The notes: a model not told the origin generated them from the sequence alone. A DNA stretch of 64,000 nucleotides from Candidatus Magasanikbacteria bacterium CG_4_10_14_0_2_um_filter_41_10 (GCA_002792995.1 PFPJ01000055.1:293-64292), one strand, 5' to 3'. Shown: positions 37,010 through 46,540, numbered from the stretch's first letter. Numbers and translations: made by a program.

Positions 37010-38878
37010 ATGAACAAAAATTTTGCTATTTTTCTCTCTCTTTTTCTTACCACATCCCTTTTTGGGATGTCGGCTTCTCGAGTAGATGCTGCAGACCCTG
37101 TTCTTACTATACGAGACAGTGGTTTTTCCACCAAATACGTTTCACAGTCTGAACATGACCCGATTACCATCGAAGCTGGTACCACAAAGGTGGTAACTGT
37201 TCAATTCAAAAATACGGGCACCAAATCTTGGATCAACGAAGGAAAAAATTTTATTTCTGCATATACGATGGGGCCACGTGAAAGAGAATCTGTTTTTTTT
37301 GAATCAGGGTGGATCAGCAAACAACAGATAGGACGTATGACTGGGACAGTGAAGCCTGGTGCTGTTGGTGAACTGGGTGTGCCACTTCATGCTCCAATGA
37401 AAACGGGTACCTATCGAGAAGAATTTCATCTCGCTGCAGAAAATTGGTCGTGGGTCGACAATGGATATTTTTATCTCGATATCAACGTTGTTCCAAAGGT
37501 AGTCTCAGAAGCAAAGGAAACAACGGCAACAAATGACACTCCCTCACAAGCAACTGATGCGACTACCATAGCCAGCACCTACGAAGCGAAACGTATAGGG
37601 TTGAGTAAAAAATCAGTAGAAGTGGTGGGTGGAACTCAAGTGAGCGTTGTAGCTATTTATCAAAATATTGGAAAGACAAATTGGAATGGATATAGTCTTA
37701 CCTCTGGATCACCAACATCACTCGCATCGGTAGGGGCATCGTTTGCAGATCACAGCTGGCTCAATGGCAATGTGATCCTTGCTGCGAATGACACTGTGGA
37801 ACAGAGCGGTCTTGTCCGAGAAACATTTACCTTTCGAGCACCATCAACACAAGGAGACTATACCTTTACCGCTGGTTTGCAAGTAGACGAACAGCGACTC
37901 GACAATTTTGATATCAATGTCCACGTTACCCAAAATGCTCCCTTGAACTATGTTGCACCTTCGTTTGGTGATAGTGCGATAGAAGCCGTGGATACCGAAG
38001 TTCCACGATTGGCAGAAGAACCTCGGATTCGTGTTGGTATCGCGACCGAGGGAGATACGTTACAGTTTGTATCATATGAAGATGACTACAGGATTTTTAA
38101 CGGAGATCTTGATGTGGGTATATTGCCACAAAAGAAAATTGCTATATTGACATACGCGGGTGGTGTATATTCCTTTAGTGGGGATGATGTCGATTTTCGG
38201 ACCAATAATCGTATTCGACTCGAACCAGTCAATGACCAACATGCTATTTTTACCATTATGAATATTTCTCGTCCCATGCGTTGGGTGGGGCCCGGCGATT
38301 TCAACAAATATCGGGGTGCTCTCGAATATAGAAAAGGAGAAAATGATGATACGCTCTATGCAGTCAATGATCTCTTTTTCGAAGACTATGTCAAAGGAAT
38401 GTCAGAGACAGGGAGAGGTGATCAGTTTGAATTTGTAAAAGCAAACGTAACTGCCGCACGAACGTATGCATACCTGAGCAAAGGAAAATATCCATTTTTT
38501 GATGTATTGGGAAGCACATATGATCAGCTGTATCTCGGATACAATGTCGAAGTGTACAATCCTCAAGTTGCAGAAGCCGCTATTGCTACTCGTGGGCGAA
38601 TGGTCATGTATGATGGACAAGTTGTCACGACACCATACTTTGGCAATAGTAGTGGGTACACCAAGAGTTGGAAAAGTGTCTGGGGTGGAAGTGAAAAGCC
38701 ATGGCTCGTGCCAGTCAAAGCAACGTATGACCTGCGTGATGGAAAATTGCAGTACGGTCATGGGGTAGGGATGAGTCAGCGCGATGCAAATATCCGTGCA
38801 AAAGAAGAAGGATTGGATTACAAAGCATTGCTTCAATATTACTATACAGGGGTGGAAGTTGCGTTGATGTATTTGTAA
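37010..38878 (+). CDS. SpoIID/LytB-domain secreted protein with N-terminal Ig-like domains
   Basis: FKNTGTKSW Ig-like repeats; YRGALE, EDYVKG, AARTYA, DQLYLG, GHGVGMSQ, LLQYYYTG. Confidence 0.88.
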   Translation: MNKNFAIFLSLFLTTSLFGMSASRVDAADPVLTIRDSGFSTKYVSQSEHDPITIEAGTTKVVTVQFKNTGTKSWINEGKNFISAYTMGPRERESVFFESGWISKQQIGRMTGTVKPGAVGELGVPLHAPMKTGTYREEFHLAAENWSWVDNGYFYLDINVVPKVVSEAKETTATNDTPSQATDATTIASTYEAKRIGLSKKSVEVVGGTQVSVVAIYQNIGKTNWNGYSLTSGSPTSLASVGASFADHSWLNGNVILAANDTVEQSGLVRETFTFRAPSTQGDYTFTAGLQVDEQRLDNFDINVHVTQNAPLNYVAPSFGDSAIEAVDTEVPRLAEEPRIRVGIATEGDTLQFVSYEDDYRIFNGDLDVGILPQKKIAILTYAGGVYSFSGDDVDFRTNNRIRLEPVNDQHAIFTIMNISRPMRWVGPGDFNKYRGALEYRKGENDDTLYAVNDLFFEDYVKGMSETGRGDQFEFVKANVTAARTYAYLSKGKYPFFDVLGSTYDQLYLGYNVEVYNPQVAEAAIATRGRMVMYDGQVVTTPYFGNSSGYTKSWKSVWGGSEKPWLVPVKATYDLRDGKLQYGHGVGMSQRDANIRAKEEGLDYKALLQYYYTGVEVALMYL

Positions 38879-38939
38879 ATAAAAACCGATATAAAAAAAC
38901 TCGCCTGTGTGGCGAGTTTTTTGTTCGTTGTATTTTTCG

Positions 38940-40004
38940 TTATTCTTCATTCACATCCATTTTCACACCCGGTTTCTTTTCTTCTTCATCTGGCGCTGCA
39001 CCGCGCTTTACTGCTGCCCAGATATCTTTTTCAATCGTTTTCATGAGTTTTGGATTTTCACGGAGATACGTTTTTGCTTTTTCACGTCCAACTCCAAGCT
39101 TTTCTTCTTTATAACTGTAGCTATTGCCAGATTTGTTGACTACTTTGTATTGAATACCGGTATCTATCAGATCTCCTGAGACAGAAATACCTTCGTTATA
39201 CATGATATCAAATACCGTTGTTCGAAATGGTGCAGCTACTTTATTTTTTACAATTTTTGCTTTCACACGATTTCCAATAACCGTATCACCTTGTTTGATT
39301 TGTGCACTTCTGCGAACTTCTATACGAACTGAACTATAAAATTTCAATGCATTTCCTCCAGTCGTTGTTTCTGGATTGCCAAAAAACACACCAATCTTCA
39401 TACGTGTCTGATTGATGAAAACAACTACGGTTTTGCTTTTACTTACGATACCTGTGAGTTTTCGGAGGGCCTGGCTCATAAGGCGAGCTTGGAGTCCCAT
39501 GTGGGAATCTCCCATTTCTCCTTCAATTTCTGCCTTTGGTACAAGCGCCGCCACAGAATCAATCACGACGACGTCCACGGCATTGGATCGGACGAGTGTC
39601 TCCAAAATTTCCAAGGCTTGTTCTCCTGTATCTGGCTGAGAAATAAGCATGTCTTTTATCTGGACACCAATTTTTTTCGCATATTCAGGATCGAGTGCAT
39701 GTTCTGCATCAATGAATGCTGCAATACCACCTTCTTTTTGTACTTCTGCAATGATGTGCTGTGCAAGGGTGGTTTTTCCACTTGATTCTGGTCCAAAAAT
39801 TTCAATAACGCGCCCACGGGGGACGCCTCCAATACCAAGGGCAATATCGAGTGAAATAGATCCTGTAGAGACAGCATCGACATCAGAATTTGGTGTTTCA
39901 CCAAATTTCATGATGGCATTATCGCCATACTTTTGCTTGATTTGCTCGATGGCACTTTCGGCTGCCTTCAGTTTTCCTGCTCGTTCATCTGTAGATGTTG
40001 ACAT
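38940..40004 (-). CDS. recA: Recombinase RecA
   Basis: [41 protein letters not shown]. Confidence 0.99.
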   Translation of the reverse strand: MSTSTDERAGKLKAAESAIEQIKQKYGDNAIMKFGETPNSDVDAVSTGSISLDIALGIGGVPRGRVIEIFGPESSGKTTLAQHIIAEVQKEGGIAAFIDAEHALDPEYAKKIGVQIKDMLISQPDTGEQALEILETLVRSNAVDVVVIDSVAALVPKAEIEGEMGDSHMGLQARLMSQALRKLTGIVSKSKTVVVFINQTRMKIGVFFGNPETTTGGNALKFYSSVRIEVRRSAQIKQGDTVIGNRVKAKIVKNKVAAPFRTTVFDIMYNEGISVSGDLIDTGIQYKVVNKSGNSYSYKEEKLGVGREKAKTYLRENPKLMKTIEKDIWAAVKRGAAPDEEEKKPGVKMDVNEE

Positions 40005-40093
40005 AAAAAGTGATTAAGGGGCTAAACATGACAGGCAGAACACAAACGGAGCCGTTTGCTCCGTTTGTAGAATACTGTTTTTTTTTCTCCTGG

Positions 40094-40810
40094 TCAACTG
40101 TTGGTTCCAGGCATGTCTTTTGCGGAAATATGTTGGATAGGACGTTGGGTCACATAGCGCGTTTCGGTAGATGTTTTTCCATGTTTTTTGGTGGCTGATA
40201 CCACAATAGTATTCACTCCTTCTACCAGATCCAGTTGTTGTTCAAAGTGTCCTTCTTCTGTATATGAAACATCTTTGCCATTGATAGAAATATGTGTCTC
40301 TGGGTCAGAAATGCCTCTTACCAGGATCTGTTCTTCTGTGGTGATATGTCCGTCATCTGGTTCTATCAGTGTCAGTGTAGGAGGTTCAAGAATTCTGTAT
40401 ACTTGCCACCCAAGATATCCGAGAACACTGATGAAAACCACTGCCACACCTATATATTTCATCATTGCTGGGAGTGCATGAAATGATGAAAATGGTTTTG
40501 GTGTATGCGGATGTGTTTGTTCTTTTTTTTCCTCTTGATCATATCCTTCCTCGATGAGAAATTGTTGTATATATGTTGCAGATGGTATACCCAACACAGA
40601 GAGGTACCGTTTGATAAAGTTTTTTTGGTACACGGTTCCTTGTGGAAGTTGTGCAAAGTTACAATTTTCTAATGCATGAATATAGGTCTTACTGAGTCGC
40701 GTTTTTTCAGCCATCTGAGCAATCGAAAAACCTGCTGCTTCTCTTGCCTCTTTGAGGCGAAAGCATACACGGTTTGTCTGCTCAATTTTTTTTCGCTGAA
40801 ATGATGTCAT
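40094..40810 (-). CDS. RodZ-like HTH membrane protein with C-terminal Ig-like domain
   Basis: LKEAREAAG...YIHALE...LP...FIKRY HTH, one TM, LVEGVNTI; downstream of ftsK. Confidence 0.8.
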   Translation of the reverse strand: MTSFQRKKIEQTNRVCFRLKEAREAAGFSIAQMAEKTRLSKTYIHALENCNFAQLPQGTVYQKNFIKRYLSVLGIPSATYIQQFLIEEGYDQEEKKEQTHPHTPKPFSSFHALPAMMKYIGVAVVFISVLGYLGWQVYRILEPPTLTLIEPDDGHITTEEQILVRGISDPETHISINGKDVSYTEEGHFEQQLDLVEGVNTIVVSATKKHGKTSTETRYVTQRPIQHISAKDMPGTNS

Positions 40811-40852
40811 ACAGTGCCTAACGGTAATTCAAACATCGGTGAATTTTTGGTG

Positions 40853-43264
40853 TTAATAAAACATTTTATTTCCACCACGTGCAGGTTTTTCTTCCTCTTC
40901 CTCTTCCTTCTGTTCTTCAAGGTCATCTTCTTTTACGTTTTCTTCACTTTCATCTAACGTTTCATCTCCATATTCTTCATACGTATCCTCTGCTTCTTCC
41001 TCTACTGTATCACTTTCTTCACCATCAAACACATTATACTCTTGTCCCATGCCCATTGTACTCGGTACTTGTTTTTCTGTCACTAATATTTCTCGAGGTT
41101 TTGCACCATCTGCTGGACCAATGATGCCAGCTTCTTCAAGTTCATCAAGAATGCGTGCCGCACGAGCATATCCTACACGAAGACGACGTTGGAGAAAAGA
41201 TGCACTTGCTTTACTCGCTTCAAGGATAGCTTCTTGTGCATCATTATAGAGAGGATCTTGATCATCTGCTGGACCACCAAACATACTTGCTGTTCCATTT
41301 TTTTGTTTTTGTATGATGGATTCATCATATGTTGGTTTTTCCCCACCTTTGAGGTAGGCAACCACATTTTTCATTTCTTCTTCTGTAATAAAGGCTCCTT
41401 GAATACGAACAGGTTTGCTCAGTGCTGCTGTAGAAAAAAGCATATCTCCGCGTCCAAGAAGTTTGTCTGCACCAGCACAATCGAGAATTGTTCGTGAATC
41501 AGTCACCGATGCTACCGAAAAAGCAATACGGCCAGGAATATTTGCTTTCATAAGACCGGTAATGACATCAACACTCGGACGTTGTGTCGCGAGAATAAGA
41601 TGGATGCCTACGGCGCGAGCCATCTGTGCAAGACGGATAATACCAGCTTCCACTTCATTGCTTGCGGTTGCCATGAGATCCGCAAGCTCATCGATAACAA
41701 AGACAAGATATGGAATTTTTGTTTGAGGATGCATGTCATTGTACGTATTGATATCTCTATTTCCTGCTTTTGAAAGCAATTCAAATCGTCGATCCATTTC
41801 TCCGATGGTCCACTTGAGTGCATTCACTGTATCTTGTGAATTGGTAATGACTGGTGTGAGAAGATGGGGAATACCATTGTACAGTGTAAGTTCGACTCGC
41901 TTTGGGTCGATCATGATGAAGCGAAGTGTCTCTGCTGTATTTTGAAAGAGCAGTGACATGATAATGGTGTTTACACATACAGTTTTTCCAGATCCTGTCG
42001 CTCCTGCTACCAAAAGATGTGGCATTTTTGGTAGATCGGCCACCCAAATTTTTCCACCGACATCTTTTCCCAGCGCAAACATCATGTCGTGGGGACGTGC
42101 GGCATATTCTTTTGATTCGAGGAGTTCTTTGAAAGAAACCATCGCTGTTTTTTCATTTGGAACTTCAATACCGACCAGCGATTTCCCTGGAATTGGTGCC
42201 TCGATGCGGATAGGATGAGCAGCGAGCGCAAGTGCGAGGTCATTGGACAGCGCAGTAATTTTTGAAATTTTTACTCCTTTTGCTGGTTTGAGAGAATACT
42301 GGGTTACCGTTGGTCCTACCCGTACTTCCCCCATGTCTACATCAATATTAAATTCAGCCAATGTATTTCTAATAACAGCTTCATTGGATTTGATATCACC
42401 ACTTGTCGGTTTTGACTTGCTCGTTCGGAGTAGTGAAATTTTTGGTGGCGTTTTGATAACCACATGTTTCGCCCAGTCTGGTATTTCATCTTGTGCATGC
42501 ACAACGTGCGTTTTTGGTGTACGGTGTGCTGGTGTTTCTGTCTCGTCTTCTTCCTCTTCGTCATCATCATACATTTCTTCCTCTTCTTCTGAATCTTCAT
42601 CCTCTACATCAATATTTCGTGCTGCAAAACGTCTGTCATGTGGTGATGATTCTGTGTCTTCTTCATCCTCATAGGGATCTTCTTCCTCTTCTTCATCGCT
42701 CCCTTGAGCATTGACTTGTTGTCTGACAAAATCTCCCACGAACCCGAGACCTGCGAGTATTTTTTTGTGGAGAGAAAAGAAATGCAAAATTGCCGTATTG
42801 AATAAGAGAATAAGAGAAACAAGAGCAAGGCCAATCAATAAGATAATACTTCCTATTGCACCAAGATATGTTTTGAGTGGCCACGCAAGCATGCCAAAAA
42901 TACCACCACCATGACCTGCCAGCGCTTGTCGCCACATATCATCAGCACCAAATTGCATATGCATCAGACTGGACAATGTCAGAAAGAAGAGGACTGCACC
43001 GATACCATGTGTGGGGCGATAGTCGTAGCGATTATCTTTGAGGACAAACCATGTAAATATGAGGAGAATGAGTGGGGTCGCAAATCGCATGGAGCCAAAC
43101 AAAAAAGCAAGGATCCATTCGTTCAATATCACGCCCACAGTACTTGCGGCATCAAAAAAACTCAGTGTAATAATGAGAGCAAACATAACAAGAAGGATGG
43201 CAATAATCCCTCGTGAAAGTGTTGGGTCAAAGTTTGATTCGATGTGCTGTTTTTTGCGTGCCAT
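40853..43264 (-). CDS. ftsK: DNA translocase FtsK
   Basis: N-terminal TMs, RIEAPIPGK, PHLLVAGATGSGKT, DELADLM, ATQRPSVD, LQRRLRVGYARAAR gamma domain. Confidence 0.97.
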   Translation of the reverse strand: MARKKQHIESNFDPTLSRGIIAILLVMFALIITLSFFDAASTVGVILNEWILAFLFGSMRFATPLILLIFTWFVLKDNRYDYRPTHGIGAVLFFLTLSSLMHMQFGADDMWRQALAGHGGGIFGMLAWPLKTYLGAIGSIILLIGLALVSLILLFNTAILHFFSLHKKILAGLGFVGDFVRQQVNAQGSDEEEEEDPYEDEEDTESSPHDRRFAARNIDVEDEDSEEEEEMYDDDEEEEDETETPAHRTPKTHVVHAQDEIPDWAKHVVIKTPPKISLLRTSKSKPTSGDIKSNEAVIRNTLAEFNIDVDMGEVRVGPTVTQYSLKPAKGVKISKITALSNDLALALAAHPIRIEAPIPGKSLVGIEVPNEKTAMVSFKELLESKEYAARPHDMMFALGKDVGGKIWVADLPKMPHLLVAGATGSGKTVCVNTIIMSLLFQNTAETLRFIMIDPKRVELTLYNGIPHLLTPVITNSQDTVNALKWTIGEMDRRFELLSKAGNRDINTYNDMHPQTKIPYLVFVIDELADLMATASNEVEAGIIRLAQMARAVGIHLILATQRPSVDVITGLMKANIPGRIAFSVASVTDSRTILDCAGADKLLGRGDMLFSTAALSKPVRIQGAFITEEEMKNVVAYLKGGEKPTYDESIIQKQKNGTASMFGGPADDQDPLYNDAQEAILEASKASASFLQRRLRVGYARAARILDELEEAGIIGPADGAKPREILVTEKQVPSTMGMGQEYNVFDGEESDTVEEEAEDTYEEYGDETLDESEENVKEDDLEEQKEEEEEEKPARGGNKMFY

Positions 43265-43420
43265 AGCGTTCATGCTCTATTGTATCATATTTTGGTAATT
43301 AGTAACTAGTGATTTGTAATACGCAAATGCATATACTTCTTAACATGTAGCATAATTTTTCAATCTTTTTTTGCGAAAGCAAAAAATAGTCTTAGCGAAG
43401 CAAAATCTTTCGTTGTATAT

Positions 43421-43534
43421 AAAAAAGCACGTTGGTATATAACGTGCTTTTTTCAAAGTTTCTTCTCAGCAATCTTGATGTTCAAGATCGTAGTTGAAGG
43501 GTCGACGCATGAGCAGGTTGCGTCGACCAGGTTG
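43421..43534 (-). repeat. Structured 3' element, copy A
   Basis: Terminator 43421-43453; 26-bp block TTTTTTCAAAGTTTCTTCTCAGCAAT 43448-43473; AGTTGAAGGG 43492-43501; stem GGTCGACGCA/TGCGTCGACC 43500-43528. Confidence 0.85.
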
Positions 43535-43573
43535 TTGGTTGTGTGGGGATGACCTCCTGTCAGGTCGGGATGG

Positions 43574-44362
43574 CTACGGCGCGCAGAGCGCCGAGGAGTA
43601 CTCGTGCTCGCAGACCTCCATGTCCGCGTTGCACGTGTCGATGGTGCACGGGTCACCGTCGTTGCAGTTCGAGAGATCGGGGCGGCAGGTGGCGCCCAGC
43701 CCGCCCGGGTCCTCGACGCACCCTTCGACCGTGCAGCCTGCCTCGCAGTCCTGCGTGATGGGGACTTCGCCGCAGACCACCTCCGTGCAGGTGGGGCTGA
43801 AGGCGACGAAGTCACCAGCTTCGTCGCAGTACGGCTTCGAGGTCGCCGTGCAGTCCGTGTAGGTCTCGCACTGCGGTGACTCGGGGCAGACAGCGTCGGC
43901 CGCGAGGAACATACACACGCCGTAGGTGCTGTTGCCCGGCAGAGGGACGCACCTGGGCGAGAAGCTCACGAGAGCTTCGCCCACCTGTTGCCCGATGCTG
44001 TCGTTCGAGCAGTCCATGTCGGACGCGCAGAGGCCCGTGGTGGGCAGGAAGGTGAACCTCGGCGACGCCAGATCGAGGGCGCAGCCCCCGGTCTCGCCGT
44101 TGCAGGTGAAGCCGTCGCCGCAGTCGACCACTGCGTACTCGCAGTGGCCGGACCTCGACCACCAGTTCCACCAACTGAGGTCGGCGCTGCAGCGCGACTG
44201 GTGGATGCACTTCGACCCCGTCGTGGGGTCAATGGTGCACTGACCGTCGTTCCGGCAGGTCGTCGACGACTGCTGCCAGACCAGGATTCCACCACCCCCG
44301 GCCAGCGCAGGGCTCGGGATGAAGAAGATGAGGGCCAACAAGAAGGCCAAACGGATCAGCAT
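43574..44362 (-). CDS. GC-rich orphan secreted Cys-rich protein
   Basis: AGGAG SD, signal peptide ending ALA, many Cys, CxxDxDC repeats and CNDGDPCTIDTC motif. Confidence 0.8.
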   Translation of the reverse strand: MLIRLAFLLALIFFIPSPALAGGGGILVWQQSSTTCRNDGQCTIDPTTGSKCIHQSRCSADLSWWNWWSRSGHCEYAVVDCGDGFTCNGETGGCALDLASPRFTFLPTTGLCASDMDCSNDSIGQQVGEALVSFSPRCVPLPGNSTYGVCMFLAADAVCPESPQCETYTDCTATSKPYCDEAGDFVAFSPTCTEVVCGEVPITQDCEAGCTVEGCVEDPGGLGATCRPDLSNCNDGDPCTIDTCNADMEVCEHEYSSALCAP

Positions 44363-44514
44363 GGGTCACTCTCCTGACGCATGCAACTTCTCTACCTAGA
44401 ACATCCAGGTATAAGAAGTTGCTCGGGAACGTGTAAAAAAACTGGACGAATCCAGCTCTTTACTTCTGCCCAAGGTTTAGCACAACATAGCATTTTTGTC
44501 AATTTGTTGTTGTG

Positions 44515-44633
44515 AAAAAAACACCTTGCTAGGTGTTTTTTCAAAGTTTCTTCTCAGCAATTTCAAACAATCTTGAAATAACAGTTGAAGGGGCGACGCA
44601 GCAGTGAAGTTCACTGCTGCGTCGCCTGGGTTG
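44515..44633 (-). repeat. Structured 3' element, copy B
   Basis: Terminator 44515-44541; identical 26-bp block 44536-44561; AGTTGAAGGG 44583-44592; 16-bp stem 44592-44626. Confidence 0.85.
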
Positions 44634-44660
44634 AGCCCCCACGTAGGGGCGGTTGAGAGG

Positions 44661-45833
44661 TCAGGGTTGGGACTGACACGACGCGATGTCCCACTGACAG
44701 CTCGCGTCGATCGTGCCCTGGACGCTCACGTCGCCGTAGATCGAGACGTGCCCCGCGGTGCCGTTTGGACCGGCGATGAAGACGTCGCCGTTTACGGTCA
44801 GGGCGTTTTCGTCCTGGTTGACGTTTGCCGCGGAGAAGCCGCCGTAGGTGGCGAACTTGGCGCCCTCGACCTTGGCGAACCACTTGTTGTCGTCTGGGCT
44901 CTGGACGAAGCTGATGAATTGCGACGCGTGGTCGAGCCAGGTCAGCTTAACCTGGTTGAGGTAGCCAGGCATCGAGACGATGCCGTTGACATGCATGCCC
45001 ATGTTGCCGATGAGAGCTTGGGCCGTCTCAGCCGTGCTACCCCCGAACCGTGAATCGTGCTTCACCAGTAGGTCATGGTTCACGGTGACGTCCTGAGCGA
45101 AATCGGCGCTGTTTGCTGTGATGCTTCCGCCGACGGTGAGATCGCCAACCAGGTAGCTTCCCTCCGAAGCTTGGAGGTAGCTAGTCACCAGCTGGTCGCT
45201 TGCATACACGTTCGACGTGTGAATACCGTCGTCCGTCAGGACGGAGAACCAGGAGCTCCCGTCGAAGTTGTAACTGAGATGAAGCTTCGGACTGACCTGC
45301 TGGATCCATTCGACGTCGGTCGCGTTGAGGTAGTACTCGTGGACGTCGCCGTTCTTGAGGCCGAGCATCCCCACATGCGCGACGCCCTGCACCCAGGAGT
45401 CGATGAACGACCCCATGTCTGCGGAGACGTACTGTGCCATGACGCGGCCCGCCTGGAGCTGGTTCGGGCCCATGTCGACGTCCTTGTTGATGTACAAGTG
45501 ATCGTCGAACGGGTTGGGCGTATCAGCACCGACGATCGTGAACGTCTCCGTCAGCAGTGCGAGCTTCTGCTTCAGCTCTGCCACCTTCGTGTTGAGCTCG
45601 CTGTTCATGGTCGTGTAGAACAGCCGCTCACCCTCCATGGCCTGGACACGGCCCTCGAGCTGGTCGAGGCGCTGAGTGAACTGGTCGATCTCTGTCGAAT
45701 CGTCGACCACGGGCTGCTGGTCGCCGGCGCAGCTCAGGTTCAGGCTGAGCAGCACGAGGAAGGGGAGGACGATGAGGAAGCGGACGAGGAAGGAACGCTC
45801 ACGAGGAGCGTCGGGGTCATTGAGGCGGTTCAT
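44661..45833 (-). CDS. GC-rich orphan predicted lipoprotein, coiled coil plus beta-rich repeats (fibre-like)
   Basis: Start MNRLND after GAGAGGG; hydrophobic stretch ending NLSC; heptad region; GDLTVGG/LTVNGDV/IYGDVSVQG repeats. Confidence 0.75.
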   Translation of the reverse strand: MNRLNDPDAPRERSFLVRFLIVLPFLVLLSLNLSCAGDQQPVVDDSTEIDQFTQRLDQLEGRVQAMEGERLFYTTMNSELNTKVAELKQKLALLTETFTIVGADTPNPFDDHLYINKDVDMGPNQLQAGRVMAQYVSADMGSFIDSWVQGVAHVGMLGLKNGDVHEYYLNATDVEWIQQVSPKLHLSYNFDGSSWFSVLTDDGIHTSNVYASDQLVTSYLQASEGSYLVGDLTVGGSITANSADFAQDVTVNHDLLVKHDSRFGGSTAETAQALIGNMGMHVNGIVSMPGYLNQVKLTWLDHASQFISFVQSPDDNKWFAKVEGAKFATYGGFSAANVNQDENALTVNGDVFIAGPNGTAGHVSIYGDVSVQGTIDASCQWDIASCQSQP

Positions 45834-46178
45834 GTTCCCTCTCGATCTAAACATGCATTCATCACCCCCAGACCATCTGGAAGTAATTTCAACATGTTTT
45901 GTGGCTTGAACTTGGAAAAGAGCAGAAAGCAGGACGAATGTCCTACCCTCAATTTCTCAGCCAAAAAGACGTCCGTATATAGCACAAATGAGCCTTTTTG
46001 TCAAGCTACCCTGTTCAAAAATAGCCTGCAGGGCGCAACCCGCCGGATAGGCGGGTGAAGCCCTGGGGATAACCCTAGGGATAACCTATGGAGCTGCCCC
46101 TAGTGAAGAAAATAGAATTTTGCTAAAATAAGCAAAAAAACGTCAGTTCTTGACAAATAGTTATACACGTGATTCAAC

Positions 46179-46540
46179 TTGACTTTTCTCTCTATACACT
46201 ATATAGTGTAGCAGTTCTCATAAGCCAAAGTGATTGATTTTTTCCCTAAGGGAAGAGAAAAATAACGTTGGTTTATAATAAATACCACGGAGCGAATCTA
46301 CCTTCTTCTTCGATGACGTGTCTGATACGGACTTGACCTTAGGGTCAGGGTGCATTCTCTGGATTATTCGTTACCTGTGCACGCGCAAAACATGCACATC
46401 GAAACGAACAAACAATAAAAATTAGAAAGCAAATCGACCACGGTTTGCCGTTTTTTGTACTCAAAACATTCGGATTAGATGCGTTCATTGCTCTGCAGTG
46501 AATACATATAATTCGAATGTACGTTTAATAGCTTGCACTT
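46179..46540 (+). promoter_or_regulatory. rpoB promoter and long structured 5' leader
   Basis: TTGACT 46179-84, 17 bp, TATAGT 46202-07; several hairpins including terminator-like 46429-46456 and long stem 46466-46520. Confidence 0.6.

Noticed and set aside
43421-44660. Repeats interpreted as integron attC sites or a CRISPR array
   Set aside because: No RYYYAAC...GTTRRRY inverted core, only two copies about 1.1 kb apart, and no integrase or cas gene in the window.
45075-46058. 327-aa plus-strand ORF
   Set aside because: Antisense shadow of the GC-rich minus-strand gene, which has the SD, promoter and signal peptide.
46076-46093. TAGGGATAAC resembles the I-SceI site
   Set aside because: Only the first 10 of 18 bases match; coincidental.
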